This document shows, one piece after another, positions 1 through 11,527 of a DNA stretch of 64,000 nucleotides. This DNA is from Gemmatimonadales bacterium. Lineage in GTDB: Bacteria; Gemmatimonadota; Gemmatimonadetes; Gemmatimonadales; GWC2-71-9. The notes below the pieces were generated by a model. The model saw nothing but the letters and a program-made list of their open reading frames with translations, ran no database searches and was not told the DNA's origin. The position numbers and the translations under genes are program-made. Position 1 is the first letter of the stretch, and every line of letters starts with the position of its first letter. Location: NCBI GenBank assembly GCA_044229445.1, contig JBGASX010000003.1:20836-84835 (forward strand), given 5' to 3'.

Positions 1-1406
1 CCGATCGTGGTGTCGAGGCCGCGGTCGGCGCGCGCGAGGAGCGAATGACAGGCCGCCTGCTCGAGGACGCGGATGCAGTCGGCGTCGCTGGCGCGCGGAT
101 TGACGAAGAGCAGGTTCTCCCGGATCGTGCCGGAGAAGAGCTGGGTGTCCTGGGTGACGAAACCGATCTGCTCCCGCAGCAGCTCGAAGTCGATCTGGGC
201 CCCCGGGTGCCCGTTGTAGAGGATCCGGCCCTCGATCGGCTGATAGAGGCCCACCAGGAGCTTCACCAGTGTCGTCTTGCCCGAGCCGGAGGGGCCGACG
301 AAGGCCACGGTCTCGCCCCGGCGCACGGCGAACGAGATGCCGGTGAGGGCGTTGCGTGACGCCGTCTGATGCCGGAACCCGACCCGCTCGAACTCCAGCG
401 CCTCGATGGCGCCGAGCGGCGCGGGCGAGGTGGGCCGCGCCTCGCGCGGGATCTGCAGGATCTTGCCGAAGTTGTCGAGCGAGACCTCGGTCTCGCGGTA
501 GATGTTGATGATATTGCCGAGTTCCTGCAGCGGCCCGAAGATGAAGAACGAGTAGATGAAGAGCGAGAAGAACTGGCCGACGGTGATCTGCTGGGCGTAG
601 ATCAGGTACATCATCACGAACAGGATGGTGGTCCGGAGGAAATTGACCACCGTGCCCTGGATGAAGCTCAGGCTCCGGATGTACTTCACCTTCTTGAGCT
701 CGAGCTTGAGGATCTTCGCGGTCGTGCCGTTGAGCCGGGCGATCTCCTGCTGCGAGAGCCCGAGGCTCTTCACCAGCTCGATGTTGCGGAGCGACTCGGT
801 CGTGGCCCCCGCCAGCGCGGTGGTCTCGGCCACGATGGTCTTCTGCACCGTCTTGATCTTCCGGCTCAGCGTCGAGCTGACCCAGCCGATGATCGGGATC
901 GTCGCGAAGTAGATCGGCGCGATCACCCAGTGCACGCTGATGGCGTACACCGTGACGAAGATGATGCCGACGACGGTGGTGAAGAGGATGTTGATCGAGG
1001 CCGCGATCAGCTTCTCGACGTCTGAGCGCACCTTCTGGAGCACGCCGAGGGTCTGGCCGCTCCGCTGGTCCTCGAAGACCGAGTAGGGCAGCTCCAGCGA
1101 GTGGGCCAGGCCGTCGGAGTACATCCGCGCGCCCACCTGCTGGGTGATGAGGTTGATGAAGTAGTCCTGGAAGTTCTTCGCGACCCGCGAGACGAACGCC
1201 GCGCCGACGGCGAGGCAGAGCAGGAAACCGACCCCCTTCGAGAAGGCGAGGACGGTGTAGTTGCCGGGATGCAGCGCGTAGCTGTCGATGACCCGCCTGA
1301 CAATCAGCGGATCGAGCAGCGAGAAGACCTGGTTGATCGCCGCCAGAAACAGCGCCAGCAGCACCAGCTTCCAGTGAGCCCTGAGGTAGGCGTACAGGAG
1401 CTTCAT
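1..1406 (-). CDS. ABC exporter, fused permease/ATPase (MsbA/ABCB-like); C-terminus cut by window edge
   Basis: Own reverse translation from ATG 1406..1404 gives MKLLYAYLRAHWKLVLLALFLAAINQ..., a multi-TM exporter domain. An NBD follows with Walker A RGETVAFVGPSGSGKTTLVK (about 270-330). The frame stays open to position 1, so it is absent from the ORF track. The + ORFs 45..359 and 369..1025 are its antisense shadows. ATGA overlap with the PfpI stop. Confidence 0.85.
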   Translation of the reverse strand, partial: MKLLYAYLRAHWKLVLLALFLAAINQVFSLLDPLIVRRVIDSYALHPGNYTVLAFSKGVGFLLCLAVGAAFVSRVAKNFQDYFINLITQQVGARMYSDGLAHSLELPYSVFEDQRSGQTLGVLQKVRSDVEKLIAASINILFTTVVGIIFVTVYAISVHWVIAPIYFATIPIIGWVSSTLSRKIKTVQKTIVAETTALAGATTESLRNIELVKSLGLSQQEIARLNGTTAKILKLELKKVKYIRSLSFIQGTVVNFLRTTILFVMMYLIYAQQITVGQFFSLFIYSFFIFGPLQELGNIINIYRETEVSLDNFGKILQIPREARPTSPAPLGAIEALEFERVGFRHQTASRNALTGISFAVRRGETVAFVGPSGSGKTTLVKLLVGLYQPIEGRILYNGHPGAQIDFELLREQIGFVTQDTQLFSGTIRENLLFVNPRASDADCIRVLEQAACHSLLARADRGLDTTI

Positions 1407-1936
1407 CGGAGGGCCGCGATCAGCGCCTTCATGAAGGCCGGGAGATCGCTCGGCGTGCGCGACGAGATCAGGTTGCCGTCGACCACCACCGGGCGGTCCT
1501 CCCACAGCATCCCCGCGTTGACGAGATCGTCGCGGATCGCGCCGACACTGGTGCCGCGCTTACCCCGTACGATGCCCGCCGAGATCGGCACCCACCCCGC
1601 GTGACAGATGAAGGCCACCGGCTTTCCCGCCTCGAAGATCTCCTTCGTGAGCGAGAGCACCTTGGCGTAGCGCCGCAGGGTGTCCGGCGCGTAGCCGCCG
1701 GGAATGACCAGCCCGTCGAAGTCCTTCGCCTGCAGCTCGTCCACGTGGGCATCGACCGTGACGGGGTAGGAGCCGCGCTTGCCGTGGTAGACCTTCTCGC
1801 CGACGCCACCCACGACCGTGGTGGCGCCTTCCTCCTCGAGCCGGATCTTGGGATACCAGAGCTCGAGCTCCTCGTAGAAGTTCGCCGCGAAGAAGAGGAT
1901 CCGCTTGCCGGAGAGGCTCATGGGGTCAGTCGCCAT
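1403..1936 (-). CDS. DJ-1/PfpI family protein (intracellular protease/deglycase type)
   Basis: 177-aa ORF with GKRILFF, DGLVIPGG, the nucleophile elbow AFICHAGW (Cys-His) and NLISSRTPSDLPAF. Its stop overlaps the ABC exporter start (ATGA). Confidence 0.85.
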   Translation of the reverse strand: MATDPMSLSGKRILFFAANFYEELELWYPKIRLEEEGATTVVGGVGEKVYHGKRGSYPVTVDAHVDELQAKDFDGLVIPGGYAPDTLRRYAKVLSLTKEIFEAGKPVAFICHAGWVPISAGIVRGKRGTSVGAIRDDLVNAGMLWEDRPVVVDGNLISSRTPSDLPAFMKALIAALR

Positions 1937-1981
1937 CGAGTTCGGGAGAGTGAGGGGTGAGGGGGAGGGACAGGCCGCGCG

Positions 1982-2779
1982 TCACGCGTCCCGGCGCCGC
2001 TCCTGGAACCGCCGGGTGATGCGGACCAGCAGCCACCGCGGCGCCGTGCGGATGCTGAAGATGAGCAGCTTGTTGAGCACGCCGGGAACAACAACCGCCG
2101 TGCCGCGCATCATCGCGCGATACCCCGCCTCGGCGACCGGCTCGACGGCCATGACGTTCGGCCCGTTGAACAGGTTCGAATCGCCGAGCCCCGCCACCGA
2201 AGCGAAGCCGGTGCGCGTCGGACCGGGACAGAGCACGGTCACGCTGATCCCGGTGCCGCGAAACTCCTCGGCGAGGGCCTGGGAGAAGGAGCCGACGTAG
2301 GCCTTGGTCGCGTAGTAGACCGCCATGAGCGGGCCCGGGGCGAATCCCGCGGTGGAGCCGACATTCAGGATGCGGCCCTTCCGCTGGGTTACCATCCGCG
2401 GCAGCACCAGCCGGGTGAGTTCGGTCAGTGCCGTGATGTTCACCTGGATCATCGCGAGCTGGCTGGTCAGGTCGCCGCGGCCGAAGAGGCCCCACTCCCC
2501 GAAGCCGGCGTTGTTCACGAGTACGTCGACGCCCATCCCGCGGGCGGCGACTTCGTCCATGATGGCGCGCGGTGCGCCCGGTTCGCTCAGGTCGGCCACG
2601 ATGATCTCGGCCCGCACCCCGTACATCCCCGCGAGATACTTGCCCAGCTCCTCGAGCTTGGGCCCGTTGCGCGCGACGAGAATCAGGTCGTGCCCGCCCT
2701 TGGCGCAGAGTCGCGCGAGTTCGAGCCCGATGCCACCGGAGGCGCCGGTGATCAGGGCTGTGGGTCGCGTCTGGTTCAT
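1982..2779 (-). CDS. short-chain dehydrogenase/reductase (classical SDR)
   Basis: Internal ATG 2779 of ORF 1982..3406 gives MNQTRPTALITGASGGIGLE (TGxxxGxG), NNAG and YYATK (YxxxK). 265 aa. The longer ORF N-terminus is Arg/Gly-rich and non-coding in character. ATGA overlap with the DmpA stop. Confidence 0.85.
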   Translation of the reverse strand: MNQTRPTALITGASGGIGLELARLCAKGGHDLILVARNGPKLEELGKYLAGMYGVRAEIIVADLSEPGAPRAIMDEVAARGMGVDVLVNNAGFGEWGLFGRGDLTSQLAMIQVNITALTELTRLVLPRMVTQRKGRILNVGSTAGFAPGPLMAVYYATKAYVGSFSQALAEEFRGTGISVTVLCPGPTRTGFASVAGLGDSNLFNGPNVMAVEPVAEAGYRAMMRGTAVVVPGVLNKLLIFSIRTAPRWLLVRITRRFQERRRDA

Positions 2780-3990
2780 CGTCCGTACTTGTGCATCGCC
2801 GCGATCAGCCGGTCGTGCGGCAGCGCGAAGATCCGCGCGCCGTCGGCGCCGGTCATCGTCTCCGCGGCGACCATCGCGTTGACGATCGCCTCCTCCGTCG
2901 CCTGCACCGTGGCCTCGAAGAGCGGGTTCATTCGTTCGTTGCGGAGCATCCGGATCGACGCCACCGCGCTGTCGGGGCGGAGACCGGTCGGAGCTGTGGA
3001 GAAGGCGAGGAAGATGTCCCCGGAGGAGTCTTCGCCCAGCCCGCCCATGCGGCCGATGCCGAGGGCCACGCGTTTGGCCACCCGTCGAAGCTGCGAGGGA
3101 AGCAGGGGAGCGTCGGTCGCGACCACCACGATGATCGAGCCGTTCCGGCCCGGCGGATGATCGAGCGAACCGCGTGGCCCCGCGGCATCGCACTTCGGTG
3201 TCTTCTTGAGCCAATCGGTGGTCGGGTCCGGAATCGAGACGCAGGGCATCAGGTCGGGGATTTCCTTGCCCACTGGCACGCCGCTGATCATCAGCCGCTC
3301 GCGCCCGCAGCAGTTGCACTGCACCAGCACGCCCACGGTGTACCCGCCATCCTTGGCGCTGAGCTGGCGCGACGAGGTGCCGATGCCACCCTTGAACTCG
3401 TGGCACACCATTCCCGTGCCGCCGCCGACGTTGCCTTCGGCGACCGGGCCGGAGGCGGCACGATCGAGCGCCTGGAAGAGATGCTCCGGCTTCACGTGCA
3501 TCCCGAGGATGTCGTTGAGCGGTTCATCCCAGGTCTCCGCGACCACCGGCAGTGCGGCATCGAAGGCGTCCAGATCGTGCTTCACCGCCCAGGTGATCAC
3601 CGCATCGCGCACCGCGCCCACACTGAGGGTGTTGGTGATGGCCATCGGGCCGTAGAGGAGCCCCGACTCTTCGAGCCAGGTCGTCCCGGTCATCTCGCCG
3701 TTGCCGTTGAGCGTGAACCAGGCGCCAAACACCGGTTCCGTCGACCTCGCACCTCGGGGCAGCACGCCGGTGACGCCGGTCCGGACCGGCCCCTTGCCGA
3801 TCACCAGCTTGCCGTCGCCCTGGATGATCGTGGTGTGGCCGACGGTCACCCCGGCGACGTCGGTGATGGCGTTGTATCTGCCCGGGGTCCCCTCGAACGG
3901 GACGCCGAGGTCGCGGGCACGGGGCTTCTGCTGGGCGGCGGCCGAGGTGGCGGCAAGCAGCAGCAGGACGAGAGGGGAGAGTCGGCGCAT
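2776..3990 (-). CDS. secreted DmpA/peptidase S58 family aminopeptidase
   Basis: ORF 2776..4086 trimmed to Met33 (ATG 3990), which gives signal peptide MRRLSPLVLLLLAATSAAAQQ. The body resembles the DmpA/S58 family (ITDVAGVTVGHTT..., GNVGGGTGMVCHEFKGGIGTSS...). Confidence 0.75.
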   Translation of the reverse strand: MRRLSPLVLLLLAATSAAAQQKPRARDLGVPFEGTPGRYNAITDVAGVTVGHTTIIQGDGKLVIGKGPVRTGVTGVLPRGARSTEPVFGAWFTLNGNGEMTGTTWLEESGLLYGPMAITNTLSVGAVRDAVITWAVKHDLDAFDAALPVVAETWDEPLNDILGMHVKPEHLFQALDRAASGPVAEGNVGGGTGMVCHEFKGGIGTSSRQLSAKDGGYTVGVLVQCNCCGRERLMISGVPVGKEIPDLMPCVSIPDPTTDWLKKTPKCDAAGPRGSLDHPPGRNGSIIVVVATDAPLLPSQLRRVAKRVALGIGRMGGLGEDSSGDIFLAFSTAPTGLRPDSAVASIRMLRNERMNPLFEATVQATEEAIVNAMVAAETMTGADGARIFALPHDRLIAAMHKYGR

Positions 3991-4084
3991 GGTGGCAGGG
4001 GGCATGAGGTTGCTGTAAGCTATATGCCGACGCGCTCCGCGATACCCTCCGGCCGGCGGGCCGACCACCTCCAGACCGTCACTC

Positions 4085-4288
4085 ATGCGTTCCCGCGATC
4101 GTATCCTCGAGAATCTCGAAGCCGCCTATCGCGAGCAGTACGATCGCGCCAAGGCCGCGCAGCAGCTCCTTCGCATGGAAGAACTCGACGCCGGCTACCA
4201 GCGCGACCAGCTGATGCTCGAGGTCCTGCTGGACATTCGTGCCCTCCTCGCCGGTCCGTCGGCGATTCCACCCTCTGCTTCCCGGTAA
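4085..4288 (+). CDS. small hypothetical protein (67 aa, helical)
   Basis: ATG ORF with GC3-rich codons typical of the window. It ends 5 nt before the next gene's ATG. No recognisable family. Confidence 0.35.
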   Translation: MRSRDRILENLEAAYREQYDRAKAAQQLLRMEELDAGYQRDQLMLEVLLDIRALLAGPSAIPPSASR

Positions 4289-4293
4289 GCCCG

Positions 4294-5943
4294 ATGCGCC
4301 GATTTCCGCTCGTTCCCCTTCTGCTGCTCGCCGCCTGCAGCCGCCCACCGGCCGCCGACCTCGTCGCCTACGGGAAGGTCTGGACCGGCGACACGACGCG
4401 GCCCTACGCGGCGGCGGTCGCGACCCGGGGCGACACCGTGCTCGCGGTAGGCGACAGCACGACGATCGCGGCCTACGTGGGAGAGAAGACGAAGGTGCTC
4501 GCCAACGGGAAGGGGCTGATCACGCCCGGGTTCATGGACGGGCATGTCCACTTCCTCTCCGGCGGCTTCCAGCTCTCCAGTGTGGATCTGCGCAGTTCCG
4601 ATTCGCCCGAAGAGTTCATCCGCCGGCTCAAGGCCTTTGCCGCCGAGCGTCGGCCGGGTGAGTGGATTCTCGGCGGCGACTGGGATCACGAGCGCTGGCC
4701 CGGTTCCCCGCTGCCGAGGCATGAGTGGATCGACTCGGTGACGCCCAACAATCCCGTCTTCGTGTCGCGGCTCGATGGGCACATGGCGCTCGCGAACGCG
4801 CTCGCCATGAAGGCGGCGGGCATCACCAGGGCGACGAAGGACATCGCCGGCGGGGCCATCGTGCGGGATCCGAAAACGGGGAACCCCACCGGCGTCTTCA
4901 AGGACGAAGCGATGGGCCCGATCTACGGGGTCATGCCCGAACCGAGCGAGGCGCAGGTGGACGCGGCACTCGCGCGCGCCATGCAGTTCGTCGCCAGCAA
5001 GGGGGTGACGGGGGTGGCTTCCGTGAGCGCGGAGTGGTCGCAGGTGGCGGGACTCCTGCGTGCCCGGAAGAATGGCACCCTCTCCGTGCGCTTCTCGCTC
5101 TATCCCGCCCTCGCTGACTGGCACCGGGTGGCCGACAGCCTGACGGCGCGCGGCCCGGGCGACGACTGGATCCGCCTCGCGGGCGTCAAGGGATTCATCG
5201 ATGGCTCGCTCGGCTCGACGACGGCGCTCTTCTTCGAACCATACGCCGACGATCCGAGGACGTCGGGATTGCTCACCACGCCGGAGGATTCGCTCCGCAG
5301 CCAGATCGGCCGCGCGGACTCCGCCAACCTGCAGGTGGTCGTCCACGCCATCGGCGAGAAGGCCAATGCGCTGGTACTCGACATCTACGACAGCGTCGCA
5401 AAGGCCCACGGAGCCCGCGACCGCCGGTTCCGGATCGAGCATGCACAGCACCTGCGCCCGCAGGAGGTGGAGCGCATGGGCACGCAGGGCGTCATCGCTT
5501 CGATGCAGCCCTATCACCTCAGCGACGACGGCCGCTGGGCCGGCAAGCGGCTCGGATCACGGGTCGTCAACAGCTACGTCTTCCGCTCGCTGCTCGACCA
5601 CAAGGTCCACCTCGCCTTCGGCTCCGACTGGACCGTCGCCCCCATCGATCCGCTGCTCGGCATCTGGTCCGCGGTGACCCGCCGGACCCTCGATGGCAAG
5701 AACCCCGGCGGCTGGATTCCGGAACAGAAGATCTCACTCGACGAAGCGCTGCATGCCTATACGACGGGCAATGCGTACGGCGTCTTCGCCGAGGCGACGC
5801 GCGGCATGCTCAAGCCGGGCTTCCGCGCCGACCTGGTCCTGCTCGATCAGGATCTGTTCAGCATCCCGCCCGAGGCGATCGAGACTGCGAGGGTGCGGGC
5901 GACGGTCACCGGGGGCAAGGTGGTCTACCAGGCGGCCGAGTAG
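4294..5943 (+). CDS. amidohydrolase-3 (YtcJ-like) metal-dependent hydrolase, lipoprotein
   Basis: In-frame ATG 4294 inside artefactual ORF 2791..5943. MRRFPLVPLLLLAAC|S lipobox, then GFMDGHVHF (HxH metal site), VVHAIGE, RIEHAQH and FGSDW. 549 aa. Confidence 0.85.
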   Translation: MRRFPLVPLLLLAACSRPPAADLVAYGKVWTGDTTRPYAAAVATRGDTVLAVGDSTTIAAYVGEKTKVLANGKGLITPGFMDGHVHFLSGGFQLSSVDLRSSDSPEEFIRRLKAFAAERRPGEWILGGDWDHERWPGSPLPRHEWIDSVTPNNPVFVSRLDGHMALANALAMKAAGITRATKDIAGGAIVRDPKTGNPTGVFKDEAMGPIYGVMPEPSEAQVDAALARAMQFVASKGVTGVASVSAEWSQVAGLLRARKNGTLSVRFSLYPALADWHRVADSLTARGPGDDWIRLAGVKGFIDGSLGSTTALFFEPYADDPRTSGLLTTPEDSLRSQIGRADSANLQVVVHAIGEKANALVLDIYDSVAKAHGARDRRFRIEHAQHLRPQEVERMGTQGVIASMQPYHLSDDGRWAGKRLGSRVVNSYVFRSLLDHKVHLAFGSDWTVAPIDPLLGIWSAVTRRTLDGKNPGGWIPEQKISLDEALHAYTTGNAYGVFAEATRGMLKPGFRADLVLLDQDLFSIPPEAIETARVRATVTGGKVVYQAAE

Positions 5944-5957
5944 GCTCCCGGCGGGTT

Positions 5958-5985
5958 CCGGCCGGCCCCCTACTGGCCCGGCCGG
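5958..5985 (+). terminator. GC hairpin downstream of the amidohydrolase gene (possible terminator)
   Basis: CCGGCCGG (5958..5965) pairs with CCGGCCGG (5978..5985), plus two more pairs with a bulge. There is no clean U-tract. Confidence 0.35.
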
Positions 5986-6009
5986 TCCTCGCTGACGATC
6001 TTTCCATAC

Positions 6010-8136
<2,127 letters not shown>

Positions 8137-8156
8137 CCACTTAATTCAGGGGATCT

Positions 8157-9023
8157 ATGAGACTCTACTCCCGGACCCGGGAGCCGGGCCGTTTGCGCAT
8201 GCTTGTCGCCCTCACGATACTGCCTGCCCTGACCACGCCGCTCGCCGCCCAGCAGGACCGCAACCACCTCTACGACCGGGTGCAGATCGGCGTCTCCGGC
8301 GCCGAAGCCTTCCTGAACACGACGATCCGGGTGGATGCCAGCGATGGCACGCCGGGAACGGACATCAACACCGAGGACCTCCTCGGACTCGGCAAGAGCC
8401 AGCTCCGGCCCCGCTTCACCCTGCGGCTCCGCCCCGGCCGGCGGCACGAATTCGAGTTCAACTACATGCAGGTCCGGCGGGAAGGCTTCGTCGGCGTCAA
8501 CGTGCCGATCCAGTTCGGTGACAGCGTGTTCAACGCCGGCGCCTACCTCTTCTCCTACCTGAAGACGGACCAGGTCGGCATGACCTACCGGCTGGCCCTC
8601 CGGGCGAAGGAGAAGAGCCAGGCGGGGCTTAGCGTGGGCGTCGGTGCCATCGTGCTCGAGGCCGGTATCGCGGCGCTCGCCGTGGCCGGCGACAGCGCCT
8701 CGATCCTCTTCCTCGAGGACCGCAAGTTCACCGGTCCGACCGCGTCGGTCGGTCTCTTCGGACGGACCGAGCTCGCGAGGAACCTCTATCTCGAGGGCGA
8801 TGCGCGCGGACTGTACGTGAAGGTGAGCCGGATCCGGGCGACCGTGCTGGAGGGCGGCGCGACGCTCCGCTACTTCGTCCTGCCGTGGCTGGGTGGAGAG
8901 GCTGGCTACGGCATCGGCTTCTACAACGTGAAGCTCGATCCCAAGATCGGCAGCAGTGCGCTGGCCGGACGGGTGAAGTACTCCGTGCAGACGCTGCGCG
9001 GCGGCGTGGTGCTCGGCTTCTGA
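8157..9023 (+). CDS. outer-membrane beta-barrel protein (hypothetical)
   Basis: 288 aa. Signal peptide ends ...LPALTTPLAAQQ. Alternating beta-strand pattern, with a C-terminal ...RGGVVLGF whose terminal Phe is typical of OMPs. Confidence 0.6.
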   Translation: MRLYSRTREPGRLRMLVALTILPALTTPLAAQQDRNHLYDRVQIGVSGAEAFLNTTIRVDASDGTPGTDINTEDLLGLGKSQLRPRFTLRLRPGRRHEFEFNYMQVRREGFVGVNVPIQFGDSVFNAGAYLFSYLKTDQVGMTYRLALRAKEKSQAGLSVGVGAIVLEAGIAALAVAGDSASILFLEDRKFTGPTASVGLFGRTELARNLYLEGDARGLYVKVSRIRATVLEGGATLRYFVLPWLGGEAGYGIGFYNVKLDPKIGSSALAGRVKYSVQTLRGGVVLGF

Positions 9024-9036
9024 CGTACCCGGGTGG

Positions 9037-9059
9037 GGATGGAGTCCGGCGCTCCATCC
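9037..9059. terminator. hairpin between convergent OMP and CPBP genes
   Basis: GGATGGAG (9037..9044), loop TCCGGCG, CTCCATCC (9052..9059). Confidence 0.45.
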
Positions 9060-9068
9060 TCGCCACAG

Positions 9069-9797
9069 TCACCCGGCGTTCGCGTGCGGAGCGGCCGGCG
9101 GAATTCCGTCAGCCGGATAACCCAGCTCCTCACCCAGCTTTCCGTAGGTCAGGCCGGTGACCAGGTCGTAAAGCGTGTGCACTGCCATCGCCACGTAGAG
9201 CGAGCCCGCCAGCAGCACCAGCCCCTGCAGTGCCAGACCGATGAGGCCGACGGCCAGGATGCCTTTCCATCCCTGCACCGCATGCGCCCCGGCGAAGAGC
9301 ATCGCCGCCGCCAGCGCCGCCATCATCGGATCTCCCGCCAGCCGGAGCAGCAGGACGTACATCACGCCGCGATAGGTGATCTCCTCGCCGCACCCCGCCG
9401 CCAGCGATACCCCCACCCAGAGCCGCCGCTCCGCCGCATCCCGGGGCATCACGAAGTGTACCCGCGGTTCCCGCCGTTCCACCGCCTCCCGCCACCTCGG
9501 CCGGAGCGCCAGGATCGTGAGCACGGCCATTGCTGCGCCGACGCCGATCGCGATGGCAGGGGGGAGCTGCGCCGGAAAGAGCGGGATCTGCTCGGCGCGC
9601 GCGACCTGGAGGGAGATGAGGACGCTGACGCCCTGGACCACGAGCACCGAAACGAAGTGCGCCTTGCGGGGGCGCTGGGTCATGCGGGGCAGGTTCCGGG
9701 CGCTCTGCATCGCGAGATAGGGCAGTGCGACGCCGAAACAGATCAGATGGAACCAGCCCCACGCCCCCACCGTGGCCGTGGCGGCCGGATCAGACAT
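9069..9797 (-). CDS. CPBP (CAAX/Abi-type) intramembrane glutamic protease family protein
   Basis: 242 aa, multi-TM. Motifs EEITYRG (EExxxR), FAGAHAV and MAVHTLYD. Its start overlaps the ABC ATPase stop by 8 nt. Confidence 0.75.
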   Translation of the reverse strand: MSDPAATATVGAWGWFHLICFGVALPYLAMQSARNLPRMTQRPRKAHFVSVLVVQGVSVLISLQVARAEQIPLFPAQLPPAIAIGVGAAMAVLTILALRPRWREAVERREPRVHFVMPRDAAERRLWVGVSLAAGCGEEITYRGVMYVLLLRLAGDPMMAALAAAMLFAGAHAVQGWKGILAVGLIGLALQGLVLLAGSLYVAMAVHTLYDLVTGLTYGKLGEELGYPADGIPPAAPHANAG

Positions 9798-10614
9798 AGG
9801 AGCGGCGGAGGAGCGCCGCGGTATCCTCGTCGAGCATGTCGCTCCGGCGCAGTTCCTCGAAGCGGTCGAGCAGGTCTTCCACGCGGAGCCGGCGCTTCTG
9901 GGAGCCGCGCAGGTCGTAGGCGATCCGTCCCCGGTGCATGATGAGGATCCGGTCGCCCACGCGGACCGCCTGCGCGAGGGAATGGGTCACCATGATCGTA
10001 GTGAGACGCTCCGCATTCACGAAGCTCTGTGTCAGGCGGAGCACCTGCTCCGCGCTGCGCGGGTCGAGGGCGGCGGTGTGCTCGTCCAGCATGAGCAGGC
10101 TGGGACGCACGATGAGCGCCATCAGCAGGGTCAGTGCCTGGCGCTGGCCACCCGAGAGCAGCCCCATCGGGGTTTGGAGCCGGTCTTCGAGGCCGAGGCC
10201 CAGGGTGCGGACCCGGTCGAACAGTTCGTCGCGCCGGCTGCGATTGAGTGCCCGGCGGAACCAGCGCGGGGCGCCGCGCTTCGCCGCGATCGCCAGGTTC
10301 TCCGCGACCGACATGTCGCCTGCGGTGCCGGCGAACGGGTCCTGGAACACCCGCGCAATGAGCCGCGCCCGGCGCGGCTCCGACCACCGGGTGATGTCGG
10401 TGCCGTCGATGTGGATCGTGCCCGCCTCGGGGCGGAGCGAACCGGCGATCGCGTTGAGCAGCGTCGACTTGCCGGAACCGTTGCTGCCGAGCACCACGAC
10501 GAAGGCCCCGGGCTCCAGCTCGAGATCGAGATTCACCAGCGCCACGTTCTCGCTGGGTGTCCCGCGATGGAAGGTGTGGGCCAGACCCTGGATCTGCAGC
10601 GCGGGCTCACGCAC
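9790..10614 (-). CDS. ABC transporter ATP-binding protein (uncharacterised importer type)
   Basis: 274 aa. Walker A GSNGSGKST, signature LSGGQRQ, Walker B LLMLDEHTAALD. Confidence 0.9.
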   Translation of the reverse strand: MREPALQIQGLAHTFHRGTPSENVALVNLDLELEPGAFVVVLGSNGSGKSTLLNAIAGSLRPEAGTIHIDGTDITRWSEPRRARLIARVFQDPFAGTAGDMSVAENLAIAAKRGAPRWFRRALNRSRRDELFDRVRTLGLGLEDRLQTPMGLLSGGQRQALTLLMALIVRPSLLMLDEHTAALDPRSAEQVLRLTQSFVNAERLTTIMVTHSLAQAVRVGDRILIMHRGRIAYDLRGSQKRRLRVEDLLDRFEELRRSDMLDEDTAALLRRSYV

Positions 10615-11527
10615 GGGGCACCCGGGCGGCTCTCTGGGTGCGGAGCGAACGGATCACCTGCGGCACCGTGAGTGCCGCCAGCACGAAGGCCGCGGTCACC
10701 AGCCGGAGGGCGTTCGGATCGAGGCCGGCGCGTACCGCCGCCGCGATCATGAGCCGGAACACCATGGCCCCGTAGATCGCGGCCATGATCCGCTTGCGGA
10801 TGGTGCGCTGACTGAAGAGGGCCTCCCCCAGGATCACACTGGCAAGGCCGGTCACGATCATGCCGACGCCCATCTGGATGTTCGCGAAGCCCTGGTACTG
10901 CACGAACAGCGCGCCGGAGAAGCCGATGCAGCCGTTCGCGATCGCGAGCCCGAAGGTCGTCGCCAGCCCGGTGTCGATCGCCGAGGCCTTCGCCATGCGG
11001 GGACTGCTGCCGGTGGCGCGCAGCGCGAGGCCGACGTCGGTGATGACGAACAGTCCGAGTGCCACAGCGTGCCCGCCCACGATCACGAGCAGCGCGACCA
11101 GCGCGACCAGATCGCGCGACAGCTCGACCCCCTCCATGTTCTCCCGGTCGGGGAGCAGGGAGGCGGTCATGTCGAAAACGGTGGGATGTCCCGCGAGCGA
11201 GAGGTTGCCGCTCCCCATGATCCACAGGTCGATCGAGTAGAGCGCCGTCGTCACGAGGATGCCCGCCAGGATGACGTCGATCCGCCAGCGGGTGTGGATC
11301 AGGCCGGTCACGGTGCCCGCCAGCGTCCCCGCCAGCCCGCCCGCGATCGTGGCGAAGAGGGGGTGCACGCCGGCCACGAGCAGCGCGCCGGTGACCGCGC
11401 CGCCGGTCGTGAACGCTCCGTCGGTCGTGAGGTCGAGGCTGCGGAGAATCCGGAACGAGAAGAGCACGCCGAGGCTCAGCAGCGCGAGCTGCAGGCCGAC
11501 GGTCAGGGCCCCGAGCAGCAGGTTCAC
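10607..11527 (-). CDS. ABC transporter permease (uncharacterised importer type)
   Basis: 306 aa and highly hydrophobic with many TM segments. GTG start overlaps the STAS-protein stop (GTGA). 8-nt overlap with the ATPase gene. Confidence 0.8.
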   Translation of the reverse strand: MNLLLGALTVGLQLALLSLGVLFSFRILRSLDLTTDGAFTTGGAVTGALLVAGVHPLFATIAGGLAGTLAGTVTGLIHTRWRIDVILAGILVTTALYSIDLWIMGSGNLSLAGHPTVFDMTASLLPDRENMEGVELSRDLVALVALLVIVGGHAVALGLFVITDVGLALRATGSSPRMAKASAIDTGLATTFGLAIANGCIGFSGALFVQYQGFANIQMGVGMIVTGLASVILGEALFSQRTIRKRIMAAIYGAMVFRLMIAAAVRAGLDPNALRLVTAAFVLAALTVPQVIRSLRTQRAARVPRA